Below are positions 28,594 to 38,359 of a DNA stretch of 64,000 bases, in pieces. The notes below the pieces were generated by a model. It ran no database searches, was not told the origin of the DNA, and worked only from the letters and a program-made list of their open reading frames with translations. The stretch is taken from NCBI GenBank assembly GCA_963665095.1, contig OY762069.1:4128001-4192000 (forward strand), in the 5' to 3' direction. Made by a program: the position numbers and the translations under genes. Each line of letters starts with the position of its first letter. Positions within the stretch are counted from its first letter, which is position 1. Source of the stretch: an uncultured Desulfobacter sp. (GTDB lineage Bacteria > Desulfobacterota > Desulfobacteria > Desulfobacterales > Desulfobacteraceae).

Positions 28594-29361
28594 ATGTGCA
28601 AAAGAGAAGCCGGTGTTTTAATCCCTGTGGCCATTGTCTTTATTATCGGATTCCTGGCACCTTCCTGGGCCGGGAACTCCCTTTTGGACCAGGGCTCCAG
28701 CCTGCTTAAATCCATGAACAGTGACAGCGGCAGTTCCAGCTCTTCCAGCTCCTCCAGCCTGTCCACCAGTGACATTGTGTCAGGACTTAAGGAAGCCTTG
28801 CAAACAGGGGCGAACACTGTTGTCAATCAACTGGGAACAGAAAACGGATTCAACTCTGATTCCAACATCCATATCCCGTTGCCCTCCTATCTTTCCAATG
28901 TAAAGAAATTTTTGAATAAGGCTGGCATGGGGTCTTATGCAGAAGATGTGGAACTGAAGCTGAACAGGGCTGCAGAAGCTGCTACGCCCAAGGCAAAAGA
29001 GTTGTTCGTCAATGCCATCACCGGCATGAGCATTGATGATGCCAAGGGCATTCTCAACGGCGAAGACGATGCTGCGACTCAGTATTTTAAGGAGAAGACC
29101 TCCACTTCTCTCACAGAGGCGTTTAAACCGGTGGTGGAATCAACCCTGGAGGAAGTCGGGGCTATCAAGTCCTATGATCAGATGATAGAGAAATATAAAG
29201 CGCTCCCCTTTGTGCCCAATGTCAAGGGCAACCTGGCAGACTATGCTGTGGAAGAGGCGCTGGATGGCATATTTTATTATCTGGCAAAGGAAGAGAAAGC
29301 CATCCGGGAGAATCCGGCAAAGCAGACAACGGAATTACTGAAAAAATTATTTACAAACTAA
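28594..29361 (+). CDS. DUF4197-family exported protein
   Basis: Signal peptide, Ser-rich linker, GLKEAL, LNRAAEAA, DAATQYF, EEKAIRENP. Confidence 0.85.
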   Translation: MCKREAGVLIPVAIVFIIGFLAPSWAGNSLLDQGSSLLKSMNSDSGSSSSSSSSSLSTSDIVSGLKEALQTGANTVVNQLGTENGFNSDSNIHIPLPSYLSNVKKFLNKAGMGSYAEDVELKLNRAAEAATPKAKELFVNAITGMSIDDAKGILNGEDDAATQYFKEKTSTSLTEAFKPVVESTLEEVGAIKSYDQMIEKYKALPFVPNVKGNLADYAVEEALDGIFYYLAKEEKAIRENPAKQTTELLKKLFTN

Positions 29362-29505
29362 CCGCCATGGGCTGAGCTGGTCTATCAACACCCAGGCCCA
29401 ACTCACAGCAAAACATGAAAATAGTTTAGCAACTTATTGGGACTTTCATATAAAATTTTATCCCTGCCACTGTGCATGATAGCGGCAGGGGAAGGGTGGT
29501 TTTAA

Positions 29506-31089
29506 ATGGTTGAATTGGGATTTTTCGGGGCAGCAGGCGAAGTAACCGGTTCCATGCATATGCTGGATACCGGGTCAGACAAAATTTTACTGGACTGCGG
29601 CATGTTTCAGGGCCGGAGAAAGGAAAACTTTGAGAAAAACAAGGATTTTCCTGTCAACCGGGCTGACATTACCTCCATGGTGCTCTCCCACGCCCATATC
29701 GATCACTCCGGCCGGATACCCCTGCTCACCCGGGAGGGGTTTGCCGGCCGGATCATCACCACCCGTCCCACAAAAGATGCCCTGCAGTACATGCTCATGG
29801 ATTCGGGCCATATCCAGGAAGCAGATGCCCAGTATCTGAATTACAAGGCGTTGAGAAATTTTTTGTACCAGGCGGAACAGGCCAAAACCAGACAGCAGGT
29901 TTCCAACAAGGAGAAATCCAGGATCAGAACACTGTTGAAAAAAAGTGCCCATGAACTGGATGTGGAGACCATTGCCGCCCTTCACAAAGAGCATGGCCTT
30001 GAAACTGTGACGCCGTTGTATACCCAGGAAGATGCCCTGCAGGCCCTTGCCTTTATTGACGGATATCCCTTTGGTACGCCCGTTACCATCGGTAAAGGAA
30101 CCACCGTGAAATTTTATGTGGCCGGCCACATTCTTGGCTCCGCTTTTTCCCTGATTACGGTAAATTCAGGGGGCAGGCCTTTAAAAATTCTTTTCACCGG
30201 TGATGTGGGCAGGTTTGGCAAGCCCATTTTAAAAGATCCCACCCTGGTGTTTGATGAGGAAGACCGGGACATTGATCTGATGATCATGGAATCCACCTAC
30301 GGGGACAGGGAACATGCTCCGGTACAGGATCTTTCCGGCAGCCTGAAGGAGACTTTGATACGGACGTTTGACAGAGGCGGGTCCGTCATCATCCCCTCCT
30401 TTGCCTATGGGCGGACCCAGGAGTTGATTTATGTCCTCCATCAATTGTACGAAGCAGGCGCTGTGCCTAAAGTTCCCATTTATGTGGACAGCCCTCTCGC
30501 GTCCAATATCACCACTGTATTTGGGGAACACCCGGAAACCTATGACAGAGAGACCCATAAGATGTTTCTGGAAAAAGGGCTGAACCCCTTTTATTTCAAA
30601 GGGATCAAGTTTGTTGAAACCGTTGAGGAGTCCATGCGCCTGAACCGGGATGATACCCCGCACATTGTGATCTCCGCATCCGGCATGTGTGAGGCAGGAA
30701 GAATCCTGCATCACCTGCGCTACAAAATTCATGACCCGAAGCACACCATCCTTCTGGTGGGATACATGGCCGCCAATACCCTGGGCCGCAGGATTGAAGA
30801 GCTCGGGCTCAGGGACGCAGAAAATCCTGGCAGTACACCGCCGGAAGTCAAAATTCTGGGCAAAGCCTATCCGTTGAGGGCCCGGGTTGAAAAGATCGGT
30901 GGGTTTTCCGCCCATGCAGACCGGCACGAGCTGATGCGTGTGGTGACTGAATCCAACCTGCGGGTTAAAAATATTGCCGTGGTTCACGGGGAGGCAGACC
31001 AGAGTGCCGCGTTTGCCAAACGGCTCAAGGAAAAAGGGTATAACACATTTGTGCCTAAACCCCATGACCGCTTTCAGGTGACTGATTAA
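29506..31089 (+). CDS. Metallo-beta-lactamase/beta-CASP RNA-processing nuclease
   Basis: GAAGEVTGS, DCGMFQG, SHAHIDHSG, AGHILGS, ESTYGDR, SASGMC, FSAHAD, VHGE. Confidence 0.92.
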   Translation: MVELGFFGAAGEVTGSMHMLDTGSDKILLDCGMFQGRRKENFEKNKDFPVNRADITSMVLSHAHIDHSGRIPLLTREGFAGRIITTRPTKDALQYMLMDSGHIQEADAQYLNYKALRNFLYQAEQAKTRQQVSNKEKSRIRTLLKKSAHELDVETIAALHKEHGLETVTPLYTQEDALQALAFIDGYPFGTPVTIGKGTTVKFYVAGHILGSAFSLITVNSGGRPLKILFTGDVGRFGKPILKDPTLVFDEEDRDIDLMIMESTYGDREHAPVQDLSGSLKETLIRTFDRGGSVIIPSFAYGRTQELIYVLHQLYEAGAVPKVPIYVDSPLASNITTVFGEHPETYDRETHKMFLEKGLNPFYFKGIKFVETVEESMRLNRDDTPHIVISASGMCEAGRILHHLRYKIHDPKHTILLVGYMAANTLGRRIEELGLRDAENPGSTPPEVKILGKAYPLRARVEKIGGFSAHADRHELMRVVTESNLRVKNIAVVHGEADQSAAFAKRLKEKGYNTFVPKPHDRFQVTD

Positions 31090-31143
31090 AAACGCCGGGC
31101 AATATGTTCTGGGTGCAGCTGGAATATCCGGACTGTCTGGGCT

Positions 31144-32337
31144 TTATTCCCGCCTTTTCTTTGGACAAGGTGGGCGGGGAAACAGCAAATAGGTTGTGAC
31201 AATGCTGCCAATGCCGATGGCCGCACTTCCAATGATAAAAACATAGGTCACCCCCCAGACGTCCATGATGAGCCCTGACAGCAGAGGGGAAACAATCAAT
31301 CCCAAACTCCAGGCAGCATCTGTAACACTCATAAGCGATGCCATTCCCATGGAACTTCCCAGTTGACCGGTGATAACCAGACTGCCGGGAAGGATGAAAC
31401 CATTGGAAATTCCCATCAGGAAGTTGAGCGCAAGGATGGGCCAGAATCCTTCCACGACAGGGATACCAAGCACAGACAATGCTGACAGGAACATTCCTGC
31501 AATCACTACGATCCGCGGACTGATTCTGTCCGAAAGGCTTCCCATTGGCCGTTGAAGGAACGCTATGGTAAATATGTTGGCCGAAAGGATAATGCCTACC
31601 TGGGAGCCGGGCATGTCAATGGTCATTGCGAAGACAGGCAGAAAAGCGTATACGGCACCCTGTCCGCAGGCGGAGAAAAAACGCATCAGAATGATGGCCA
31701 GGGCGATGCGGTGGGTGAATATTTCCCTAAGGGAGGCGGTTTTCTTCCTGTCCCGGATCACGCCACTTATTTTGTCTGAAGGCAGACACACCAGGACCAG
31801 CAGACAGGTGAGCATTGCCAGTCCCCCCATGCTGATAAATGCCCAGTTCATGCCGAAGCGCTCCCTTATGACACCGCCCAGCGTCGGCCCGATGCCAAGA
31901 CCGATCATGACTGCCATGTTTAACGATCCCATGTAAGCGCCAAGTTTGCCCTTAGGGGCAATATCCGCAGCCAGGGCCAGTGCAATGGGAACCACAAGCA
32001 GTGACGCAGAACCATGGAACAGGCGGACAATAATAAGCGCCTCCGGGGTTTTTGCCACGAGATATCCCAAAGACAGCAGTGCATAAGTGAACAGGCCCAC
32101 CACGATGAACCCCTTTCTTCCATATTTGTCGGAGTACCGCCCCACAAACGGGCTGAAAACGGTTCTGGATATGTTGAAGCTGGCAATTATCAGACCCAGA
32201 AGAACACCTCCGGCGCCAATATCCGTAGCAATCACCGGAAGCAGGGGCCAGATGATACCAAGCCCGATCATGGCAACTCCCACTGAGACCGAAAGGATCC
32301 ATAAAATAATTGATTTTGAATTCATGATGTATGCCAT
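31144..32337 (-). CDS. MFS transporter
   Basis: GRYSDKYGRK and GSLSDRISPR MFS motif A copies; many hydrophobic segments. Confidence 0.9.
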   Translation of the reverse strand: MAYIMNSKSIILWILSVSVGVAMIGLGIIWPLLPVIATDIGAGGVLLGLIIASFNISRTVFSPFVGRYSDKYGRKGFIVVGLFTYALLSLGYLVAKTPEALIIVRLFHGSASLLVVPIALALAADIAPKGKLGAYMGSLNMAVMIGLGIGPTLGGVIRERFGMNWAFISMGGLAMLTCLLVLVCLPSDKISGVIRDRKKTASLREIFTHRIALAIILMRFFSACGQGAVYAFLPVFAMTIDMPGSQVGIILSANIFTIAFLQRPMGSLSDRISPRIVVIAGMFLSALSVLGIPVVEGFWPILALNFLMGISNGFILPGSLVITGQLGSSMGMASLMSVTDAAWSLGLIVSPLLSGLIMDVWGVTYVFIIGSAAIGIGSIVTTYLLFPRPPCPKKRRE

Positions 32338-32498
32338 TGCACAGCCTTCTTCGGTCCGGGGCAGGCCATAACTCGTTAAACCCTGCTCAAGAGTTCACTG
32401 CACAAGACCATGGGTGTTGCTTTGCACCGTAATAATCAGCCGGGAGAAAAACACAACATCTTAATAGATATTTCGCCTGACAGGAAGCTTCCTTTTAA

Positions 32499-32540
32499 AA
32501 ATAAAATATCCTGGCCCTTGGGACCAGGATATTTTATTTG
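32499..32540. terminator. Hairpin terminator downstream of the B12-uptake operon
   Basis: 16-bp inverted repeat AAATAAAATATCCTGG/CCAGGATATTTTATTT with A/T-rich outer arms. Confidence 0.65.
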
Positions 32541-32623
32541 AACCTGAAATTTGCACAGGGCGGGCAGTTGACTGAAACCCTGTGTTCGGAAGTTACCCCC
32601 CGTGTTTGGGTGGCTCGAATTAT

Positions 32624-34126
32624 TTAATCTGCATTTCTGATGGTAATGGCCTGCCCTATGATAGGAAGTGCTGTTGGTTCATTGTCCGGATCAGTTACAC
32701 AGCGCACAACGATAATATACTCGCCTGCCTTGGGAAAGGTATATTCGGCGGTGTTGGTGGTTGAGTAATCCTGAACCACGGTCCAGTCTGTGGCATTTTC
32801 ATAGACTACAGAACCGTAGTTGGCACAAAAGTAAAATTTATAGTACATGGTTTGTCCGTCTGTGGAGGACGCATCGGCTGTGACTGTAATTGTCTGATTG
32901 GTCTCCCGGGTTCCGCTGATGGTAATCCCGTTGATTTCAGGTGCAGGATCTGCCGTTGAAGAGGTGGCAAAAACCACTTTCTGGGGATTGAGGTTCGTGG
33001 ATATCTCTTCATCAATGGAGTTGTCCGAAGGGTTCACCACAACAAGCTGTGCATTGGTGTTATCCGCCACCCAGAGCATGCCGTTTGCATCACCGCTAAA
33101 AATGCCGCTGATATTAATATTGTTTAAACTGTCGCTGACCTCTCCTGTCACAGCACCTGTTTTAGGATTGAACTCATAAACAGAGGTATTTCCCCAGGAG
33201 GCATACCCGACAAAATACCCTTTTTGAGAAGATACAATCGCCATGCCTGAAAATTTTCCATACGGATGGCTGTCAGCATCACCGTCGTCCAGAACCATCG
33301 CTGTTTCAAAGGTTGCGGGGTTGATGGAGGCAATTCCCCCATTGTATTCCGTGGAATAATAGTCGCCCACGCCTGCGACAAAAATAAGGTCCAGGGAGGG
33401 CTCATATGCGATGCTTACAGGGTTCTGTACAGGCAGGGGGATACCTGACAGGGTAGCATCCATACCGGTGGCCACCTCAGTGTCTGTTGTTGTGTCAAAC
33501 ACGGCGATATACGCGGTATTGGGTGTGTAGCTGTTGTCCCGGTCCAGCCGCTGCATGACGATAAAAAGATAGTTGCCAACAATAACGCCATTGGTCATTT
33601 CAGGGGAAACGCCATCCTGATCGTTATAGGCGCTCAAATCAAGGGACCCTAAATAAAAGTCGCTCTGGCTTGTTGCGCTGGGGTTGACAATCCAGGCAGT
33701 GGTAGACCCGTAACGAAGCAGGTAGGCCTTAGTGGAAGAGACAAAAACAAGATTCTGGGGATTTGTTGTGGCTGCGGTATCATTATCGTCCATGGTGGAA
33801 AACTGCCAGATGGGTGTGGACGGTGAATCAATATCGTATTTTGTGATATTGTCTCCCGAATACCTTTCAATGACGTAAAAGTAATTGCCATAAGCGTTCA
33901 GGCCTAAATCGGAAATAGTTGGCTGCAAATCATTTTGAACCTGTCTTGCTCCGTCGATTTTATCGATGGTGAGAACCGAATGGGTTCCGCTGGAATAGTC
34001 AGACGCGGAATTGACGCAAATGGCCTTTTTTTCTCCGGATGCAAAGGCTGATATCGCGGTGGTAATGATGAAAACGGCAGCAACAAGTGCCATACCAAAA
34101 CTGTAAGTCTGGTGCTTGAAACGCAT
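32624..34126 (-). CDS. Secreted beta-propeller-like protein with C-terminal Ig-like (Y_Y_Y-like) domain; probable corrinoid-capture accessory
   Basis: Sec signal (..SAFA), repeated YncE-like blades (NPQNLVFVSSTKAYLLRY, KGYFVGY), C-terminal WTVVQDYS...GEYIIVV; lies downstream of the riboswitch-controlled TonB receptor. Confidence 0.65.
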   Translation of the reverse strand: MRFKHQTYSFGMALVAAVFIITTAISAFASGEKKAICVNSASDYSSGTHSVLTIDKIDGARQVQNDLQPTISDLGLNAYGNYFYVIERYSGDNITKYDIDSPSTPIWQFSTMDDNDTAATTNPQNLVFVSSTKAYLLRYGSTTAWIVNPSATSQSDFYLGSLDLSAYNDQDGVSPEMTNGVIVGNYLFIVMQRLDRDNSYTPNTAYIAVFDTTTDTEVATGMDATLSGIPLPVQNPVSIAYEPSLDLIFVAGVGDYYSTEYNGGIASINPATFETAMVLDDGDADSHPYGKFSGMAIVSSQKGYFVGYASWGNTSVYEFNPKTGAVTGEVSDSLNNINISGIFSGDANGMLWVADNTNAQLVVVNPSDNSIDEEISTNLNPQKVVFATSSTADPAPEINGITISGTRETNQTITVTADASSTDGQTMYYKFYFCANYGSVVYENATDWTVVQDYSTTNTAEYTFPKAGEYIIVVRCVTDPDNEPTALPIIGQAITIRNAD

Positions 34127-34216
34127 GGTTGTTCCTCCTTCTTTTCTTGTAAATGAGTGTAAGTTGAGCCTGATTGTAGTATGGGCGCCTTTAAAGCAGG
34201 CAGAGCATGCTACGGG

Positions 34217-36307
34217 TTAAAACATATATTTTACTGAAAAATACCAGGCCATGCCCGGTAATGGATAACGGTAAAAATCTTCATAATGGTTGTCCTGGAT
34301 GTTGGTAACTTCCGCTAAAAGGCTTAAAGTCTCTGACAAAAGAACGCTTGCCCCGATATTAATGGTTTCCTTGTCCGGAGCCTCCAAAAGATTCGCACTG
34401 TCATAATACATCCCTTTATCGGTCAGGTATTCTGTATACGCTTTGATTTTCCACCATTTCACTTCAAGGCGGGCCATAAAACTTTTTTCGTACCGGCCCG
34501 GGAGTTTTTTGTTTTTAAACGCAGAGACGTCACTTTCATTGTTGGTGTCCTGCCAGGTCATGCTGCAGGAAAAGGTAAAATATTTGAGAAAATGTGAGGA
34601 CATCTTTGTTTCAACCCCTGAAATGGTAGAGGAGGCAATATTCTGGGCTTTGCCAACCCCCCTTGCGTCATAGACCCGCGTAATAATGTTGTCCACCTTG
34701 CTGTGAAAGTAGACAAAGGAAAAAGAACAATCTGAAACAAGGTCACTGGGAACGGTGAAGTTTCCTTCAAGTCCTGCGTCAACATTGGTCCCCTTTTCTG
34801 CTTCAAGTTCACTGTTCCCCAGAAAAAATCCTCTGTCCCCGAAAAGCTCATAAAGAGACGGCTCCCTCACATATCGGGCAATGTTGGATTTCAGGGTAAT
34901 GGCACTGAACAGCTGGTATCTTGCTCCGAGCTGTGGAGAGCAGTAAAAATCGTCCGAGTTGTTTTCCTGTGTTGATGTGCTTGTCAGTGAGGATGAAGAA
35001 GAGGTATTAAAGTTCGAATCCACTGCCATAAAACGGACGGCCGGAGTGATGCTAAGCCTGTCATTGAGAAGAAACAAGGTGTCCTCGGTTCCAATAATAC
35101 CGGTGGTACGGTCGGAATCCCCGTCTCCGGAAGTATCAATAAGGTCTTCGGGCTCATAGGTTTCATGTTTGATGTCAACGGAGAATATAAAGGTGTTATG
35201 CGCTGTGAGCATCTCCGCATAAGAGCTGATCCCATATTTTGTTGTGGTATTGAGATCATGCTGTTTTCCCAATCCCACATACCCCTGAAGATCTTTATAC
35301 TCCTCTTCCAGACGGCTTAATTCAAGTGTTGTTGCCGTGTTGATGTGAAGATCGGTCAGATTATCCATGGTCAGTTTCAGTGTTGAGATATTTCTCTGGC
35401 TATCAAGACTTGCATTGTTGCGGCTGGAATTTTTCCAGTTGGGAACGCCCTGGTTCTTTTTAAACCACTGGTTCATAAAGTCAATTCTGCCTGAGTCTCC
35501 CAGGCGGTATCCGATTTTTCCCAGTACATTATACTGTTCTACCTGTGCATTTTCTCGATCCTCCCACTCGTCGTCTTCAGTGGTCCAAAGGGTTCCGTTG
35601 GTATTATTGAATTCAAAATCGCCATCCGTATCCATCAGTTCTGCCGATACAAGAACACTGAGTTTGTTTTTTGTATAGTTCACCATTGCCGAGGCTTTTT
35701 TGGTATTGAATGCGCCATACCCACAGGAAGCATGACCGTTGATGCCGTTTTCCGGTCTCAATGTTTTGATATTGATTACCCCGCCAATGGAGGCTTTGCC
35801 GAACTGAATGGGGGTATTGCCCTGAAAAATCTCAATGGAGGCCACGTCCGAAAGGGAGATATTGCTCAAATCCACCCCTCCCCCGGAGGCATCATTAAGC
35901 AGAATGCCATCCAGATAGATCATCACCTGCTCGCTGGTTGAGCCTCTTAACGAAACACTTGAAAAACTCCCCATGCCACCGGTTTGCCGGACCTGGATAC
36001 CCGCCTCTTTTTCAATAACCTCTGAGAGATCGCTCATTTTCCCTTCAAATGCTTCCCGATTGATTATCGTGAAAAAGCCCGGTGTCTGCTCCAGATCCAC
36101 ATCACCGGTTTCAAAGCTGTTGTCAGTTTTAGCCGCTTTGATCACGATGGTTTCAAGGGTGGTGAGTTTGGGAGAATCTTTCTCTTCTTCTCCCCAGCAT
36201 AAAAGGGGGAGCAAAAGGGCAAAAACAAGAATAATTATCTGATAAGCCATGCATGGAAACGCAGCAGGCTTGGGCATGCTTGTACTGTTTTTGGCAGTGG
36301 TATTCAT
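34217..36307 (-). CDS. TonB-dependent outer-membrane receptor, probable cobalamin transporter (BtuB-like)
   Basis: TonB box LETIVIKA, plug motifs VSLRGS...IYLDGI and IGGVINIKT, REPSLYELF, terminal FSVKYMF; under a cobalamin riboswitch. Exact start uncertain. Confidence 0.85.
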   Translation of the reverse strand: MNTTAKNSTSMPKPAAFPCMAYQIIILVFALLLPLLCWGEEEKDSPKLTTLETIVIKAAKTDNSFETGDVDLEQTPGFFTIINREAFEGKMSDLSEVIEKEAGIQVRQTGGMGSFSSVSLRGSTSEQVMIYLDGILLNDASGGGVDLSNISLSDVASIEIFQGNTPIQFGKASIGGVINIKTLRPENGINGHASCGYGAFNTKKASAMVNYTKNKLSVLVSAELMDTDGDFEFNNTNGTLWTTEDDEWEDRENAQVEQYNVLGKIGYRLGDSGRIDFMNQWFKKNQGVPNWKNSSRNNASLDSQRNISTLKLTMDNLTDLHINTATTLELSRLEEEYKDLQGYVGLGKQHDLNTTTKYGISSYAEMLTAHNTFIFSVDIKHETYEPEDLIDTSGDGDSDRTTGIIGTEDTLFLLNDRLSITPAVRFMAVDSNFNTSSSSSLTSTSTQENNSDDFYCSPQLGARYQLFSAITLKSNIARYVREPSLYELFGDRGFFLGNSELEAEKGTNVDAGLEGNFTVPSDLVSDCSFSFVYFHSKVDNIITRVYDARGVGKAQNIASSTISGVETKMSSHFLKYFTFSCSMTWQDTNNESDVSAFKNKKLPGRYEKSFMARLEVKWWKIKAYTEYLTDKGMYYDSANLLEAPDKETINIGASVLLSETLSLLAEVTNIQDNHYEDFYRYPLPGMAWYFSVKYMF

Positions 36308-36317
36308 AAAAAACAAT

Positions 36318-36357
36318 AAAAAACCCGGGAAGGCATGAAAAACATGCCGACCCGGGG
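36318..36357 (-). terminator. Expression-platform terminator of the cobalamin riboswitch
   Basis: Minus strand CCCGGG-TC-GGCATG-TTTTT-CATGCC-TT-CCCGGG followed by TTTTTT, immediately before the receptor ORF. Confidence 0.7.
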
Positions 36358-36426
36358 TATCCCCTTTTTTACTCTGGATCTTAAGTTTGCTGCCGGCCAG
36401 TTACCGTATGGCCAACGTTAATTTCC

Positions 36427-36649
36427 GGTACAGGCAGGTCTTCTGACTCTCGAATCACTCTACTCACCGCGCCTTCCCATGATTGAATCACAGTGGCTGA
36501 GGCAACTCCTCTATGAAAATATGCGGCTTTCGTCCTCGAATACAGCGGCGGGTCCGTCCCTGATTCCTACAGGATTCCCCTATTAAGTGTAGAGGTATCA
36601 TTTTAAAATGCCTGGCACTATTCAACAACACCTCAAATACACCTGTACC
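36427..36649 (-). ncRNA. Cobalamin (AdoCbl) riboswitch
   Basis: Minus strand: P1 GGTACAGG/CCTGTACC, TTAATAGGGGAA, AATCAGGGACGGACCCGCCGCTGTA, GCCACTG...GGGAAGGC, B12 box GAGTCAGAAGACCTGCC. Confidence 0.93.
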
Positions 36650-36669
36650 TATTGGAACTGAATGCAAAG

Positions 36670-36698
36670 ACCATAGGTAAATGAAACAAATTCGTCAA
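36670..36698 (-). promoter_or_regulatory. Putative sigma70 promoter for the riboswitch/TonB operon
   Basis: Minus strand TTGACG, 17 bp, TATGGT about 20 nt upstream of riboswitch P1. Confidence 0.6.
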
Positions 36699-36814
36699 GA
36701 GAAAAGTCACTAGCAGGAAGGCGCTTTAAATTTTAACGGTTGGCTGACAAAAGGCTGTGGTATAGAGCAGGGATTAAAAACATTAACCCCTGCTTTGGAT
36801 TTAATATAATAGGC

Positions 36815-37918
36815 TTAGAGCGACTTTTTTTTGTTTATGGCCTTGATTTTCAAGGCCACCCCTTTCCACCGTTCTTTTTCCACGCGGTCCGCACTTTTAC
36901 TTTTCCGGGAGGAGATATATTCCAGTTCGCGTTTCATTTTACGGTAATTTTCCAATCTGTTTAGTGAAAGCTCCCCGCTGGTAACCGCATCAAGCACCCT
37001 GCACCCTGGCTCATGGGTGTGGCTGCAGTCAGAGAAACGGCACGTTTGGGCCAGAGCCTCTATTTCCGGAAAGGCCGCTTCTACCCCATTGTCATCATCC
37101 CAGAAAGAGATCTCCCGGATACCGGGATTGTCAATTATCATGCCACCGTCAGGCATCATGATCAGGTCCCGGGAAGTGGTGGTGTGTCTGCCTTTCCCCA
37201 CCTGGGTGCTGACAGCGCTGGTGGCCTGAATGGTTTTGCCGTGAAGGCGGTTGATCAGGGTCGATTTGCCTGCACCGGAAGAGCCTACCATTGCACAGGT
37301 GTGGCCCTGGGTCAGATACCTCTCCAGCTCGGCCAGGCAGGCGTCGTCTGACAGCGAGATCAAATGGACAGGTACGCCAAAGGCATTTGATTCCACCTCT
37401 GCGGCACATTGCTCCGGGGAAGGGTGAAGGTCTGCCTTGGTCAATATAATGACCGGGACAAGACCGCAGTTGTAGATCAGGGTTAGGTAGCGCTCAATGC
37501 GGCGCAGGTTATAGTCCCGGTCAAGGCCGCAGACAATAAATACCGTATCCAGATTTGCGGCGATTACCTGCTCTCGCTGGACACCGGATTTCCTGGTATG
37601 CATACCTGATGCGCCCCTGGACAAGGCATTCTTGCGCACCAGCACCCGGGCGATTACAGAATCTGCTGCAAGCACCCAGTCTCCGGTAACGGGATACATG
37701 CCGTTCGGGTCGTGCTGGATTTTTCCGGCCAGGGTGGATAGGCGCTCCTCTTTTCCGTCACTGATTAAAAAACTGTTTTTTCTTACCCCGGTTATCCGGG
37801 CTGGAATTAATGACTCGCACTTGATACTTCCCAGCTGTTCTTGGAAATGGGCACCCCATCCCAAAGGGGAGAGATGGTTAAAAATATGGTCTTTTGCTAA
37901 GGGGTTGTTGATAATCAT
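36815..37918 (-). CDS. rsgA: Ribosome small subunit-dependent GTPase A
   Basis: Circularly permuted GTPase TKADL...GSSGAGKST...GRHTTT...DNPGIRE, plus zinc finger CRFSDCSHTHEPGC. Confidence 0.93.
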   Translation of the reverse strand: MIINNPLAKDHIFNHLSPLGWGAHFQEQLGSIKCESLIPARITGVRKNSFLISDGKEERLSTLAGKIQHDPNGMYPVTGDWVLAADSVIARVLVRKNALSRGASGMHTRKSGVQREQVIAANLDTVFIVCGLDRDYNLRRIERYLTLIYNCGLVPVIILTKADLHPSPEQCAAEVESNAFGVPVHLISLSDDACLAELERYLTQGHTCAMVGSSGAGKSTLINRLHGKTIQATSAVSTQVGKGRHTTTSRDLIMMPDGGMIIDNPGIREISFWDDDNGVEAAFPEIEALAQTCRFSDCSHTHEPGCRVLDAVTSGELSLNRLENYRKMKRELEYISSRKSKSADRVEKERWKGVALKIKAINKKKSL

Positions 37919-38154
37919 TGCTTTATGTCCTGTCTGTCATCCATAAATAAAAGTGTCAGGCAGGGCGGGCCCAGGAACTGCACAGGAAACCGCCATGCTG
38001 TATTAATCTTGCGATAAAAGTTTTAAGGATGCTGCTGCCGACAGATAAGACAACGGGAACCGCAGATATCAGTTTGACATCTGCCCAAGGAAAGAAAGCT
38101 GAAACGCTTTTGGGTTAAAGCGCCGTAAGTTTGATACTGGATAAATAAGACCCG

Positions 38155-38223
38155 TCAGCTTGCCTGATTCCTTATCCCTTTGTCGGCAGCCTTTGACACA
38201 ATATCCAATGATTTCCTTGACAT
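38155..38223 (-). CDS. Putative leader peptide (uORF) MSRKSLDIVSKAADKGIRNQAS upstream of rsgA
   Basis: AAGGAGG RBS 5 nt before ATG 38223; TGA at 38157-38155; not in the supplied ORF track. Confidence 0.5.
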   Translation of the reverse strand: MSRKSLDIVSKAADKGIRNQAS

Positions 38224-38359
38224 AAAAACCTCCTTGTTTTTGGTAAAAACGCATCTTTGAATACAACAGGGCCCGGCATTGTGTCAAGGATAAACGCCCG
38301 GCCCTTTTGGTGTGCGCCAATGGGTGAATGTTACGAAATATCGTTTTATGATTTGGATT

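Noticed and set aside
28720..28770. TCCAGC-type short tandem repeats
   Set aside because: Encodes the Ser-rich linker of the DUF4197 protein.
38069..38320. 83-aa ORF from the supplied track upstream of rsgA
   Set aside because: No RBS at its start; the AAGGAGG in this region serves ATG 38223 in a different frame.
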